NCBI GenBank assembly: GCA_011109175.1
Contig: RDEW01000002.1
Span: forward strand, 1,953,413-2,017,412
Reading direction: 5' to 3'
DNA length: 64,000 nucleotides
Source of the DNA: Dicyema japonicum
Taxonomy: Eukaryota; Animalia; Dicyemida
Shown here: piece after piece, positions 26,371-38,192 of the stretch
Layout: each line of letters opens with the position of its first letter
Position numbering within the stretch: the stretch's first letter is position 1
Translations under genes and position numbers: made by a program
The notes under the pieces: model-generated
What the model saw: only the letters and a program-made list of their open reading frames with translations
Database searches by the model: none
What the model was told of the DNA's origin: nothing

Positions 26371-26518
26371 GTAAAACATGTAGAATTGGTTTAGTGGAGT
26401 TCCACGAAAAGAAGTTTTACGTCCATATCAATTTATGTCATCAAAATAAAAATCAGTACTGTGGATAATTCAGTGTTTTCTGAGCAAAATGGTATAATTT
26501 ATTGTAAAACCGTTAATA

Positions 26519-27725
26519 CAGTCGAACCCCGGGGTGGGGCATCAAAGTGCCCCAAAAAGCGGGGGTGCCCCATGGCGGGGGTTTTGTTGTGTTTTTCGGA
26601 AGAAAAAACAATTTAACATTTGAGTATTCCAATAAATAATGGCATGTAGCATTATCCATTATTAAAAGTATTTTTCTATCTTGTGAGAGAAAGTCGTCGT
26701 TAATCTTTGAAAGCCACATTTTGAAAATTTCTCTATTCATCCAGGAATTTTTTGACGCTGCATATAAAATACCGAATTTTTCACAATCAAAATCTATGTT
26801 AAAATATAATTAAGCAAACTTTTCATACAACGTGGTGATTTGTATTTTCCAATAACAAGGGGTCTTAATTTATTTCCTGCTGCATTACAGCAAAGGAGAA
26901 CTGTTACTCTTTCTTTACTGAATTTTGTACCATGACATGTTTCTATAGATTCGACATAAGATCTTGAAGGAAATTTTTTAACATACAATGATGTTTCATC
27001 ACAGTTAAAAATATTTTCATGACCATAAGTTTTCAACAAATTATCGAATTGAAAAAAAAAATTTGCCAAATTACTTTTATCTGCTGAATTTTTTTCACCA
27101 CAAATGGCTTTAAAAACCAGATCATGTCTCTTTTTAAATCTGTCTAACCAACCGTTTGAGGCTTTAAAAGATGTTGAATAATTCAATTTTGTCGATATTT
27201 TTTTCGCGATGGCTTTGATTAAAGTACCCGAAATAGAAAAGGAATCATCCCTCAAACGACGAAAAGCATTAAAAGTTAATTCGTCAAGTTTTTCAAATTG
27301 ATTGACTTCATTAGAAACTGGTTTAACTTCATCTATTTGAACTAATCTTGAAATGACTGATCCCGTATTAATGAAAGAAGAAATGTTTTTTTTGATTCGG
27401 GAAATAGTGCCTTTGCTTATCTTGAATTTTTTTGCAACTTCTCTTTCAGAAGAAGTTTGTAGACACTTTGCAATTTTAATTTTTGTTTCAATAGAAATTT
27501 TGGAAGGCATTACACAAAGACAATTATCACGTGTTCAAAAATAATATTATTCAAAATAATATTATGTATTAAAATATTAAAATAAATTAATAAAGTGCCC
27601 CATACTGGGGTTTTAATAATTTCCAAATTTGGAAATTATTAATGGAAAATGTACTAGAAAATAAAATCGCCCCAAAAAGCGAGGGTGCCCCATGGCGGGG
27701 GTTTTATTGGGGCGGGGTTCGACTG
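26519..27725 (-). mobile_element. pogo/Tigger element, internally deleted, TIRs and TA TSD intact
   Basis: TA|CAGTCGAACCCCG ... CGGGGTTCGACTG|TA; ORF from 27510 with HTH, FKASNGWLDRFKKRH, NCDET, KERVTVLLCCN; 26-nt intron 26794-26819; truncated after LPKNTT. Confidence 0.93.
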
Positions 27726-28141
27726 TATTTTGAAATAATAAAATTAAAAAAGTCCTCTCAAATGAGTCGAATGGAACTTTAATGATTTTTATTACTTTAA
27801 ATTAACAAAAAATTTCATTAATATTTAAAATTAAAAAAAATATTTTATTTCGGAAATCAGTTTTTTCCTTAGTGAATTATATTTAACGAATTAAACTATT
27901 TTTATTTAAAAAAAACTGATTGTTATAGTAAAAATTATCAATTATCTTATTGTAATGCTTGTTGATATACAACATTGCTTGTACGACCGTCCGTTGTGAA
28001 TATGAATAGGTTTTCTCGTTCACCTACTCTAGAACAACCTACATATAACTGTCCATGTGCAAAACATTTAAAGATAAACCTACTACTTTAAGAGTTTGTA
28101 CCTGTGATTTGATGATTGTCATTGCGAAACTTAATTTCAAN

Positions 28142-28620
28142 AGTTTTTTCCTTAGTGAATTATATTTAACGAATTAAACTATTTTTATTTAAAAAACTGA
28201 TTGTTATAGTAAAAATTATCAATTATCTTAATGTAATGCTTGTTGATATACAACATTGCTTGTACGACCGTCCTTTTTGAATATGAATAGGTTTTCTCGT
28301 TCACCTTTTCTAGAACAACCTACATATAACTGTCCATGTGAAAAACATTCACTTGCTAAAGATAAACCTACTACTTTAAGAGTTTGTACCTTTGATTTGA
28401 TGATTGTCATTGCGAAACTTAATTTCAATGGAAATTGTAGTCGCTTAAATCTAAATGGTATTTCATCTGAAAATTAATTCAACGGCAGTCGGTTTTATCT
28501 GACCAAATCCACTGCTTAAGATTACATTATAAAAACTCTTCCACCGAGGAATGAAGTGACATCCGCGAAGCTAATACGAGTGATTTTATTTATTTATTAA
28601 ATGATAAAAATAAAAGAACG
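28142..28620 (-). mobile_element. Helitron helicase (PIF1-like) C-terminal fragment
   Basis: [25 protein letters not shown]...[13 protein letters not shown]...NVVY. Confidence 0.85.
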
Positions 28621-28719
28621 TTACTTCACCCTTCTTCATTTTTAAAAAATAATAAACATATTATTTTTTTATAATTTGTGAAATATTATAAATTACAATT
28701 GATTAAATTCAATGCTATT

Positions 28720-28920
28720 TTCTCATCCATATACATGCTCCTCTGTTCCTAGCAAAGGTTCTCATAGTGTCAAGGTCGTCGGCAGTTTCTAAATTTCTTT
28801 TAATATTGACCAGGTTTTTTTGTAAAACTATTGGCAGTGTTGTTCTAGGTCTTCCACGATAGCGGCCTTCTTGACTAAAATAGTATGTTTCTATAGATCT
28901 GTTCGGTAGGGATGTTAGCT
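28720..28920 (-). mobile_element. RTE-like LINE 3' fragment
   Basis: GRYRGRPRTTLP...DDLDTMR; reverse-complement match to 37620-37850. Confidence 0.75.
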
Positions 28921-29504
28921 CTATCCTCAGGACGTGAACTCTTCAGTAGTTTTTATAGTAATTTTATTAGGCATCAGGACACCTTGATGTGGGTTAGTTT
29001 TTTGATTTTATTTTCAAAAATTATGGTATGCTACAAAAATTGGTTAAATCTTTTATAAAATATTTTTATTCATGATAATAATTATTATTATTACCTAAGA
29101 TTAATCTCTATTAGTAAAAATAATGATTTTACATAAAAATGCACAAATTATTCAGAAACTTAAGTATTGAATAATTTTCAACGAGAAGGGTTATGGTTAA
29201 GACAAAAGATTGGAATAGCCATACTCCAAGGGAACTCGTTCGCATTCCACGCAACAGGCTTCCTCAACTGACATTTGTTTAATTGTTAAAAAAAATTATT
29301 TTAAAAATAAATAAATAAATAATTTTCAATTAACATGATAGGTGTTGACACCTGTCAATCATCACTATCAGCGATCGAGACATAATATAACTGAAATAAT
29401 CATTAAATGCATATCTATCAATATATTTATGAATTTTTATTAAAAAGCAATTTTTATCAGCTGGTTGCCCTAATAATAATAATTTAAATAAATTATGAAT
29501 TTTA

Positions 29505-30605
29505 ATGAGGTTAAAACTCCTAACAGAGAACGAGCAAATTATCAGATGTTTCTCTCCTTTTGTCAAATCTATTATATCAAATCAGCTTCCGTCCAATACT
29601 ATATGTGAAGACTTTATCGTCAAAAATAAGATCCCCACTAAAGATGAATTCATCATTGGCGTAGTTGACGGTTACGGAGGACATTACTGTGGTAGATTAT
29701 GCTCGCAGTTACTACCCTCCTTAACTAGCTCCTTCATCTACAAACCAATTGATGTAAATATGACTAAAACTGTAGATCTTCCATTCTGATTCGATTAAGT
29801 CAAAATTTACCCCAAATATAGCGAAGAGGATGTCGTCTGGGTTCACATACCTAGATGATACCATCAGCCATGAATTTTCTTCTCAACCAAATATTGAGGT
29901 CACACTCTTTGATTTATCAATTAGTCTCTCATGACAGCTATTTCCGGAGCATGTGCCTGCCTTGCATACATCGCTGAAGGGAAGATATATGTCGCTAATA
30001 CTGGGGATTGTTCCGCATTCGTTGTTTCTGCAGATAATGGGAAATTCAAGGCAGTTAAACTCAGTAATCCCCATACTTTTGAAAATTCGAACGAAGTCGA
30101 GAAAATTAAAAACTCGGTCCCTGACGAAGAAAGGAAAGAAATATTTGTTAATGGTGGACTTTGTGGTATATCTATGCCTCTTCGAGCATTCGGAAATTTC
30201 CAGTTCAAGTGGCCTCGTGAATACCTCGCTGAGGTGAAGAAATTTATGACTTTTAAAGGCATGGAGGGAAATATTATGCTTCCTGAATTATACAAGTCTC
30301 CCCCATACCTCAAATCTAACCCAGAAGTTATGTCTCATTTAATCAAGCCTGAGGATATTTGTATTGTTATGGCAACCAAAGGAATATTTGATTTTTTGGA
30401 TAATGAACACGTGGCTGAAATTGTTGGATCGCATATTTCACAATTTGGTGGTTATTCTCCTAATGTCGTTACTAAACTTTTTGAAACTGCTCTTCGTGGG
30501 AATCTCAAAGACGACTCGATGATTGAAAAGCTTTTATCACTTCCACGTGGGATTTCTCGGAGCTACAGAGACGACATGACTGCAGTTGTTGTCTCCTTTG
30601 TGTGA
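29505..30605 (+). CDS. PDP-like PP2C protein, copy 2 (350 aa, probable pseudophosphatase)
   Basis: Introns 29754-29775 (22 nt) and 29899-29924 (26 nt) give an open frame; same motifs as copy 1. Confidence 0.9.
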
Positions 30606-31245
30606 AGTTTCTTTCGGATCTTGCCGGGATCACCTGTTTAGTTAATTTGGGGTTACCGTGGTCTTTTAGATTTTTTTATTTCATTTTAATATTTTCTAAG
30701 TGTCACTGTCTTTTTAAACGGGCATATTAAAATTGGGAGTTATTAGTCTTTCCAATTAACTATAAATTGAGTTTATGAGCAGTATTGAGACATTCATCGT
30801 CGACTCCAATGTTCTGGAGAGTCATCGTGTCGTTTCCCTGAACTTTTAAACGATTTCGTTTGAACTAGGTCGAACTCTCTAGACGAGTTCATCGATGAAA
30901 GATGCAATTAATCGTAACACTGAACCAATTTAATACTCTCCCATGTGTCATAACTGTTGATTAATTAAGGGCAATGATCGATCACATCACTAAGACGTGT
31001 TTTTGCTTAAAATGGTGTGATAAACCGGAAAAGTAATAACAGACGAAATCAATCCAAGACGTTAATCATATGTACAACATTAATGCGACAATTCATACTG
31101 CATGCGGCAATTAATGGACTTATTTAGTTATTCTTATTCTGCGAGAATAGCTCCAAAAACAAACAATTCGATTGTAGTTAATTTCCATGGCGTCGTAGAA
31201 TTAATAACGTTTGATATTTATTATTGTTGGTCTCCTGACAAACAA

Positions 31246-31495
31246 ATGAGCCGCCATCAATTCTCAAAGAGTTCCGCCACCCTTGTCAGTCCACGTGTGA
31301 TTCCCCAATATCTAGTCAAAACGTTTTCCGTGATTTTATTCATCTAGTACTAACTTTTAGAGGACAACGACAGGAGCTAAGAATTCTTGGTTCGTGTGAA
31401 CGAGAGACACTATTTTGATCTCAACTTCGTAAACTCTTATGGAAACAAGGTCCTCAATATTCATGATAACCTAGTGTTGGTTGCTTCTGAAGAAA
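31246..31495 (+). pseudogene. FERM-domain gene pseudogene (short 5' remnant)
   Basis: Homologous to 35490-35750; same +1 frameshift as 21005-21436, plus deletions. Confidence 0.8.
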
Positions 31496-31774
31496 TTCAT
31501 TCTGTGAATTTCGCTAAACTAATGCAAATTACACTTTGTCCTATAAACTGAAATTATACTTTGTCTCTTTAGATAATTCGCAGTTTTAAGATGTGTATCA
31601 ACTGCAAATTTATTATTACAGTTCATCGAACATTTCGAGGAGAATAATTCTTTATCCAAGTTCACAACAAATTCCGAGTATTTCTAAGGTAAAAATGTGC
31701 TTTCAGTGATCTTGACCTTATATCCATCAAATAACTATGATATAAGTACTTTTTTATTAAAATTGTTGTCAATG

Positions 31775-33110
31775 TCCGTACGTGCAATTCCGCCGTACGG
31801 AACTCCACTAGAACCAATCAAAATAAAACTTAGTTCACTGGATAATTCAGATTTTTCTTAGTTTAATGTTTTAATTTTTACTTAAAATCGTTAGTATTCT
31901 AAAAACATAAATAAATGTAAATAAATAAATAAAAAACATAAAGTGGCAAAAAACCAGTCAATGTGAATAGAGTGTCACTTTAATGATATTTTATTATACT
32001 TAATTAACAAAAAATTTTATTAATATCTAAAAAATAAAAAAAAAATTATTTGATATCTTGACATGTTTTTAAGCTTCGAGCTGAAGATGGATGAGTTGCG
32101 TCGGATAATTGAATATCTCGATGCGTCGCTCTAAAGAAAGACTAAACAGCACATTTGGAGACTAGGCCCATTGCTAGTTTTCGAGGACGATATAGTCAAC
32201 TATAGAGTAATTTGATTATAATAGAATTAGGGCAACAATTTATTTCAGCAATTTTTTTGCGAAGAAGCAAAAGTGAAACAACAATTGGTAGTATTTTTGC
32301 CTGTTGATCATTAGAGTGAACACAATTTTGCACATATGGGAGGAGAGGAGATTGTTTATTGTTGAAAAAAGATCTACAATTTAACTCGTATAGAAGTTGC
32401 AGATACAGTAGAGAAATGTGTCTACTGTCAAACCAAAAGACTTACTGTAACTAGGCCTCCAATTACTGCTATCATTGCGGAATATCCGCGTGATAGGTTA
32501 TGTAATGGTTGATTCTTTTTCGAAATTTGTTATGGTCTGTAGGGCTAATATTGAACAGTTGAAGAAATGTCTCAGATTTTTCAGAAATTTTTTTACACAA
32601 GGACCACCTACTATATTTCAAATATACAATTGTTTGGTGTTTTGTAACAGGTTAAATGTTAAACATATTTTTGGGCGACCAAGAGCACCGTGGGTTCAAG
32701 GCCAGGTAGAGAGGTATCATTTATATAATTTTGTATAGATAAAGTCAATCTCGTAAAAAATGGTTATCATGCGTTTGTTCTACTGATGGAACTCTTGGAA
32801 AATATCAATCCTTTCTGGGAGATATTGTATTCAGTTACGATCTTACCAATCACGAGACCACCAAGCAAGCTACTTCAAAATTTTTAATGAAATGGATTAT
32901 CCGCCACAAACATCTGATAAACGCTTACTACAGTGTGAAGAAGATGAAGACCTATCTTTGTTACGGGATTCTGCACAAAAGTATACTTTGGTAGCTGCAG
33001 AAAAAATGCGAAAGAAAAGAAAATGAGAAAATGAAGAATCGTTGAATGTAGGAGACAAAGTAATTCTACGAATGGACTGTGACTACAATCAAACAACGAA
33101 AAAAAGCGCT
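31775..33110 (+). mobile_element. Ginger/GIN-like (rve integrase) DNA transposon remnant
   Basis: PITAIIAEYPRDR, MVDSFSKF, QGPPTIFQ, HIFGRPRAPWVQGQVER; terminal region shared with 42899-43150 and 26380-26515. Confidence 0.65.
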
Positions 33111-33397
33111 TGGGATGAATAGGGTCAGGATTTGGGATTAAGGTTAGGGTTTAAGTTTTATGTTTGAGTTGGAGTTTTAACGGTATGGAACTTATTTTAG
33201 TTGGTAAGGGAAAGGGCTAAGAAAAGAATAATTTTTTAATATTAAAAGTTAATTTTCGCTTAGTTTTTTATTTATTTTATAATAAATTTTCCTACATTAA
33301 TTGTAGTGAATTGTTTCAGGTTGTTATAACATCATATTTTACATGAATAATTAAAACCAGAAATCGAATGGATTTGAAAAAGATAGTATATTTTTTA

Positions 33398-33542
33398 ATA
33401 GCCTTTTCACGAGAGTCATAATATCTATAGCTCCACATAGGCAGGACACACACTTTATTAAAGTAAATAACAGTTAATTTTTACTAATCGTAGAACCAAG
33501 GAATGATCTTCACTTTTTTTTCTTTTTCTTGTATGTGGGTCC
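33398..33542 (-). mobile_element. SINE 3' half (5' truncated)
   Basis: GCCTTTTCACGAGAGTCATA...CGTAGAACCAAGGAATGATCTTCAC matches SINE copies A and B; lies about 120 nt upstream of PDP-like copy 3. Confidence 0.85.
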
Positions 33543-33664
33543 TTAATAATTATAATTATTATTATATCTATCAAAATCTAAAATTTTATGAATTTTTATT
33601 AAAAAGTATTTTATATCAGTTGGTTGTCCTAATAATAATTAATTTAAATAAATTATGAATTTTA

Positions 33665-34762
33665 ATGAGTTTAAAGCTTTTAACAGAGAACGAGCAGATT
33701 ATCAGATGTTTCTCTCCTTTTGTCAAATCCATTATTTCAAATCAGCTTCCGTCCAATACTATATGTGAAGACTTTATCATCCAAACTAAGATCCTCAATA
33801 GAAATGATTTTATTATTGGCGTTGTTGACGGTTACGGAGGACATCACTGTGGTGGATATTGCACACGTTTACTACCCGGCATAACTAGCAACTTTATTTA
33901 CGAACCAATTGATGTAAATATGCCTAAAACTTTAGATCTATTCTAAGTCGACTAATTCAACATTAACCTTAAGTATAGAAAAGTCGATCTTGTCGGGGTT
34001 CATAGTCTTAGATAACATGATCAGCCAAGATTATTATTCCCAACCGAATATTGAGGTCACCCTATTTGAGTTATCCATCAGTCTCTCTTGACAGCTCTTT
34101 CCGGAGCATCTACCTGCCTTGCATACATCACTGAAGGGACCATTTATGTCGCTAATATGGGGGATTGTTCCGCATTCGTTGTTTCTGCTGATAATGGGAA
34201 ATTCAAACCAGTTAAACTCACTAATCCCCATACTTTCGAGAATTCGAACGAAGTCGAGAGAATTAAAAACTCGGTCCCTGAGGAAGAAAAGAAAGAAATC
34301 TTTGTTAATGGTGGACTTTGTGGTATATCTATGCCTCTTCGAGCATTCGGAAATTTCCAGTTCAAGTGGCCTTATGAATACCTCGCTGAGGTGAAAGACT
34401 TTATGATTTCTAATGGCATGGAAGGAAATATTATGCTTCCTGAATTATACAAATCTCCCCCATACCTCAACGCTTACCCAGAAGTTATGTCTCATTCAAT
34501 CAGGCCTGAGGATATTTGTATTGTTATGGTAACCAAAGGAATTATTGATTTTTTGGATAATGAACACGTGGCTGAAATTGTTGGATCGCATATTTCACAA
34601 TTTGGTGGTTGTTCTCCTAATGTAGTTACTAAGCTTTTTGAAACTGCTCTTCGTGGGAATCTCAAAGATAACTCGATGCTTGAAAAACTTTTATCAATTC
34701 CACGTGGGATATCTCGGAGCTACAGAGACGACATGACTGCAGTTGTTGTCTCCTTTGTGTGA
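33665..34762 (+). CDS. PDP-like PP2C protein, copy 3 (349 aa, probable pseudophosphatase)
   Basis: Introns 33914-33935 (22 nt) and 34056-34081 (26 nt) give an open frame. Confidence 0.9.
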
Positions 34763-35489
34763 AGTTTCTTTCGGATCTTGCCGGGATCACCTGTTTAGTT
34801 AATTTGGGGTTACCGCGGTCTTTTGGACTTTTTTTATTCATTTTAATATTTTTAAGTGTCACTTTTTTTAAACTGGAAAATTAAAATTAGGAGATTCTAG
34901 TCGCTCCAATTAACTATAAATTGAGGTCGTGGAAAGAATTGAGACATTCATCATCCTCTCCAATGTTCTGGAGTGTCGTTCCTCTGAACGTTTAAACAAA
35001 TTCTATTGTGCTGGGACCGAGCACTCTAGATGACTTTATCGGGTGAAAGATGCAATTAACGCAACATTTAACCAAAGTTGAGACTAATCAAGTGAATTGG
35101 TCTATCACCTCACTAGGATGCGGTTTTACTTGAAGGACCGAGCACTCTAGATGACTTTATCGGGTGAAAGATGCAATTAACGCAACATTTAACCAAAGTT
35201 GAGACTAATCAAGGGAATTGGTCTATCACCTCACTAGGATGCGGTTTTACTTGAAATTATGTGATAAACCGGAAATGAAACAACAGACGAAATCAATCCT
35301 CGACTTTAATCGATACGTACGCCATTAATGTGACTCTTCAGACTGCACGTGGCAATTAATGGAATCATTTTGCTATTTTTAGTCTCGGAATTACTGACAA
35401 CAACAAACAATTAGATCGTCGTTAATCCCTGTGGCGTAGTCCAATCGATGGCGATTGATATTTATTATTATTGGCCGCTTGACAGTCAA

Positions 35490-36556
35490 ATGAGCCGCCA
35501 TCAATACTCAAAAAGTTCCGCTCCCTTGGCAGTCCACGTGCGATTCCCGAATAATGAAGTCAAGTCGTTTTCCGTAAATGTAGTCATCTAGTACTATCTG
35601 TTAGAGGACAACGACCGGAGCTGAGATTCTTGGCGTAATTAATAACACCCTCGGCGAGTACGAGACCCACTACTTTGGTCTCAACTTCGTAAACTCCTAT
35701 GGAAGCAAGGTCCTCAATATTCATGATCATCTAGTGCTGGCTGCGTCTGGACAGACCCATTTCTCGGGAATGTCGCACAAACGGAAATGCTAATGTCGAT
35801 TTTGATGTGAGGATATACCCCAGCGACACCGAACTGAGTCCCACCGGGAGGTTGTTTCTTGATTAAGGCAGACACTTTCTTACTATGTTGCTTAAAAGGA
35901 AAATGAAGTGTGGCTTTCTGACAAAGGACAGGCTCTTACTAACACTCTTGGCAGCTCTCCTAATAAAGGGTACTATCTTGCAATGAGGTTTAGTGGAATT
36001 CTCGGAGGACGAGTTTTGCGGGCTAACTCGCATACCAGTCTACTTTCCCCAACAGGGAGAGCTGGACTACCAAATAATCAATTCGCTGTATTCCGATTTA
36101 CAGTATTGCGTTTTCATAACATTTAGTGGGGTCACTAGAGAAGAGGCTCAGAGTAGATTTCTGAGATTATGCAGTCTCACCGACTCATATGATTGTGAAT
36201 TCTACCCGGCCAATGTAAGATTATCCATTTACGCAAGAATTGTGACTTTAAGAACGTGATGTTGTCTGTAAACCACCGAGGAATCAAAGTGGTCAACAAA
36301 ACTGACCTTCTACGGTATTTTATGTGGGATTCCGTCAGAAAGCTGACATTTGACGGAAAATCACTTACAATAAAAATGATCGTCAGTCCTGTAAAGTGAA
36401 TTGAATAATTTAAAGAAGTTTAACATGAACTTTATATTTCCGACAAAATCCTGCTGTAAAATATTTTGGCGACTCTGCGTGGACTATCACGCATTCTATG
36501 TTAGTTGGTGTGATGATGAAAGCGAGGATGAAAGTTTCACAATTAGCTTTAAATGA
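35490..36556 (+). CDS. FERM-domain-only protein (band 4.1-like), about 299 aa
   Basis: Seven introns (25,25,21,24,24,23,25 nt) leave 900 nt. FERM-N (HYFGLNF, CWLRLDRPI, FDVRIYP), FERM-M (GVTREEAQSRFL), FERM-C (WDSVRKLTF, CKIFWRLCVDYHAFY). Confidence 0.88.
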
Positions 36557-37149
36557 CATTATGTTTTAAATTTAATATTAAATTACTTTTTAATAATTCG
36601 ATGTTTTACTATATATCTGATCAACCCTCTTCAGGGTTTTTATCAAAAGTTTACTATGTGCTCCGCCAGACTCGTCCTCACCTTTGTCGGTCTGGGATCA
36701 CTTAGTTAGATGAGAACTTTTATTTCTTTCTCTTTGACCCAGTGATCCTGGGGGTNATTACTTTTTAATAATTCGATATTTTACTATATATCTGATCAAC
36801 CCTCTTCAGGGTTTTTATCAAAAGTTTACTATGTGCCCCGCCAGACTCGTCCTCACCTTTGTCGGTCTGGGATCACTTAGTTAGATGAGAACTTTTATTT
36901 CTTTCTCTTTGACCCAGTGATCCTGGGGGTAATAATAATAATAATGGCAAATACTCCGGACTAAGGTTGGGAGGCTACCTAAAGAATTTGAGACGCCTGA
37001 CGACCGTTTTCCCCTTATGGTGGTGGTGGCATAATACTAACATATGAGATTTCTACACGAAACCATCATTTTTGGAGGAGCCTTGGAGACGAAGAAAGAA
37101 GTGACCTAACCCCAGATTACCAGTAGTCTTCGATATGCGTAAAATCATA

Positions 37150-37850
37150 ATAGTTATAATTTCACTCGTGCAGCATTCGAAACAATCCTCCGAACCAACT
37201 TCTTCCAATCTCCTCGATCGTAAAAGAGTTTCCTCAGCTCGTCCAGGTCGTCTCCACTTCTTAGACTTTTTTCACGAGCTTTAGGTCTCTGTCAAGTGAT
37301 TCTGGTAGTGTAATACGCCGGCGTCCACGAAAACACGGTCTTTGTCTCATAAAGTAATCCTCCATTGCCATGTTGACAAAAGAGCATTATTATTTAAGCA
37401 CTTCACGAGAGCCATACTACTTATAGCCCCGCATGTGCAGCAAAAGAAACAATTTTAGATGTCATCCTTTTCCATGCTAGACTCATTCCACAGAGGTCAG
37501 CTGAAAAAAATAACAGGAACTACTTAACCTTCGAGAATATCGAAAAATGCTTTACATAAGAGATGCAGCACTAGACCTACCAGTTTAGAAGTACTGGAAT
37601 CCCGATGGAAGCTCTTCGGACACGTGCTGAGGATGGAAGTAACATCCCCACGGAACATATCTATGGAAACATACTATGTTAGTCAAGAAGGCTATCGTGG
37701 AAGACCTAGAACAACACTGCCAAGAGTTTTACAAAAAGACCTGGTCAATATTAAAAGAAATTTAAAAACTGCCGACGACCTTGACACTATGAGAATTTTT
37801 GCTAGGAACAGGGGAGCATGGAAAAGAATCAGAAAAGAGCATTGGATATA
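37150..37850. mobile_element. Two RTE-like 3' fragments in opposite orientation, with an RTE/SINE-type 3' end at 37385-37440
   Basis: CFRGRRRITLP (minus strand) and YRGRPRTTLPRVLQKDL (plus strand). Confidence 0.75.
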
Positions 37851-38192
37851 ATTAATTGTAATTTATAATATTTCACAAATTATAAAAAAAATAAAATGTT
37901 TATTATTTTTTAAAAATGAAGAAGGGTAAAGTAGCATTCTTCCATTTTTATCACTTAATAAATAAATAAAATCACTCGTATTAGCTTCGCGAATGTCACT
38001 TCATTCCTCGGCGGAAGAGTTTTTATAATGTAATTTTAAGCAGTGAATTTGGTCAGATAAAACCGACTGCCATTGAATTAATTATAATTTATATTATTTC
38101 ACAAATTAAAAAAATAAAATATTTATTATTTTTTAAAAATTTAAAATCAATTTGTTTGTTGCGCATATTTAATCGGACTGCCTTATTTTCTA

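Noticed and set aside
29883-30313. Antisense and alternate-frame ORFs over the PDP-like, RT and AKR genes
   Set aside because: Shadow ORFs of real coding sequence with no independent motifs.
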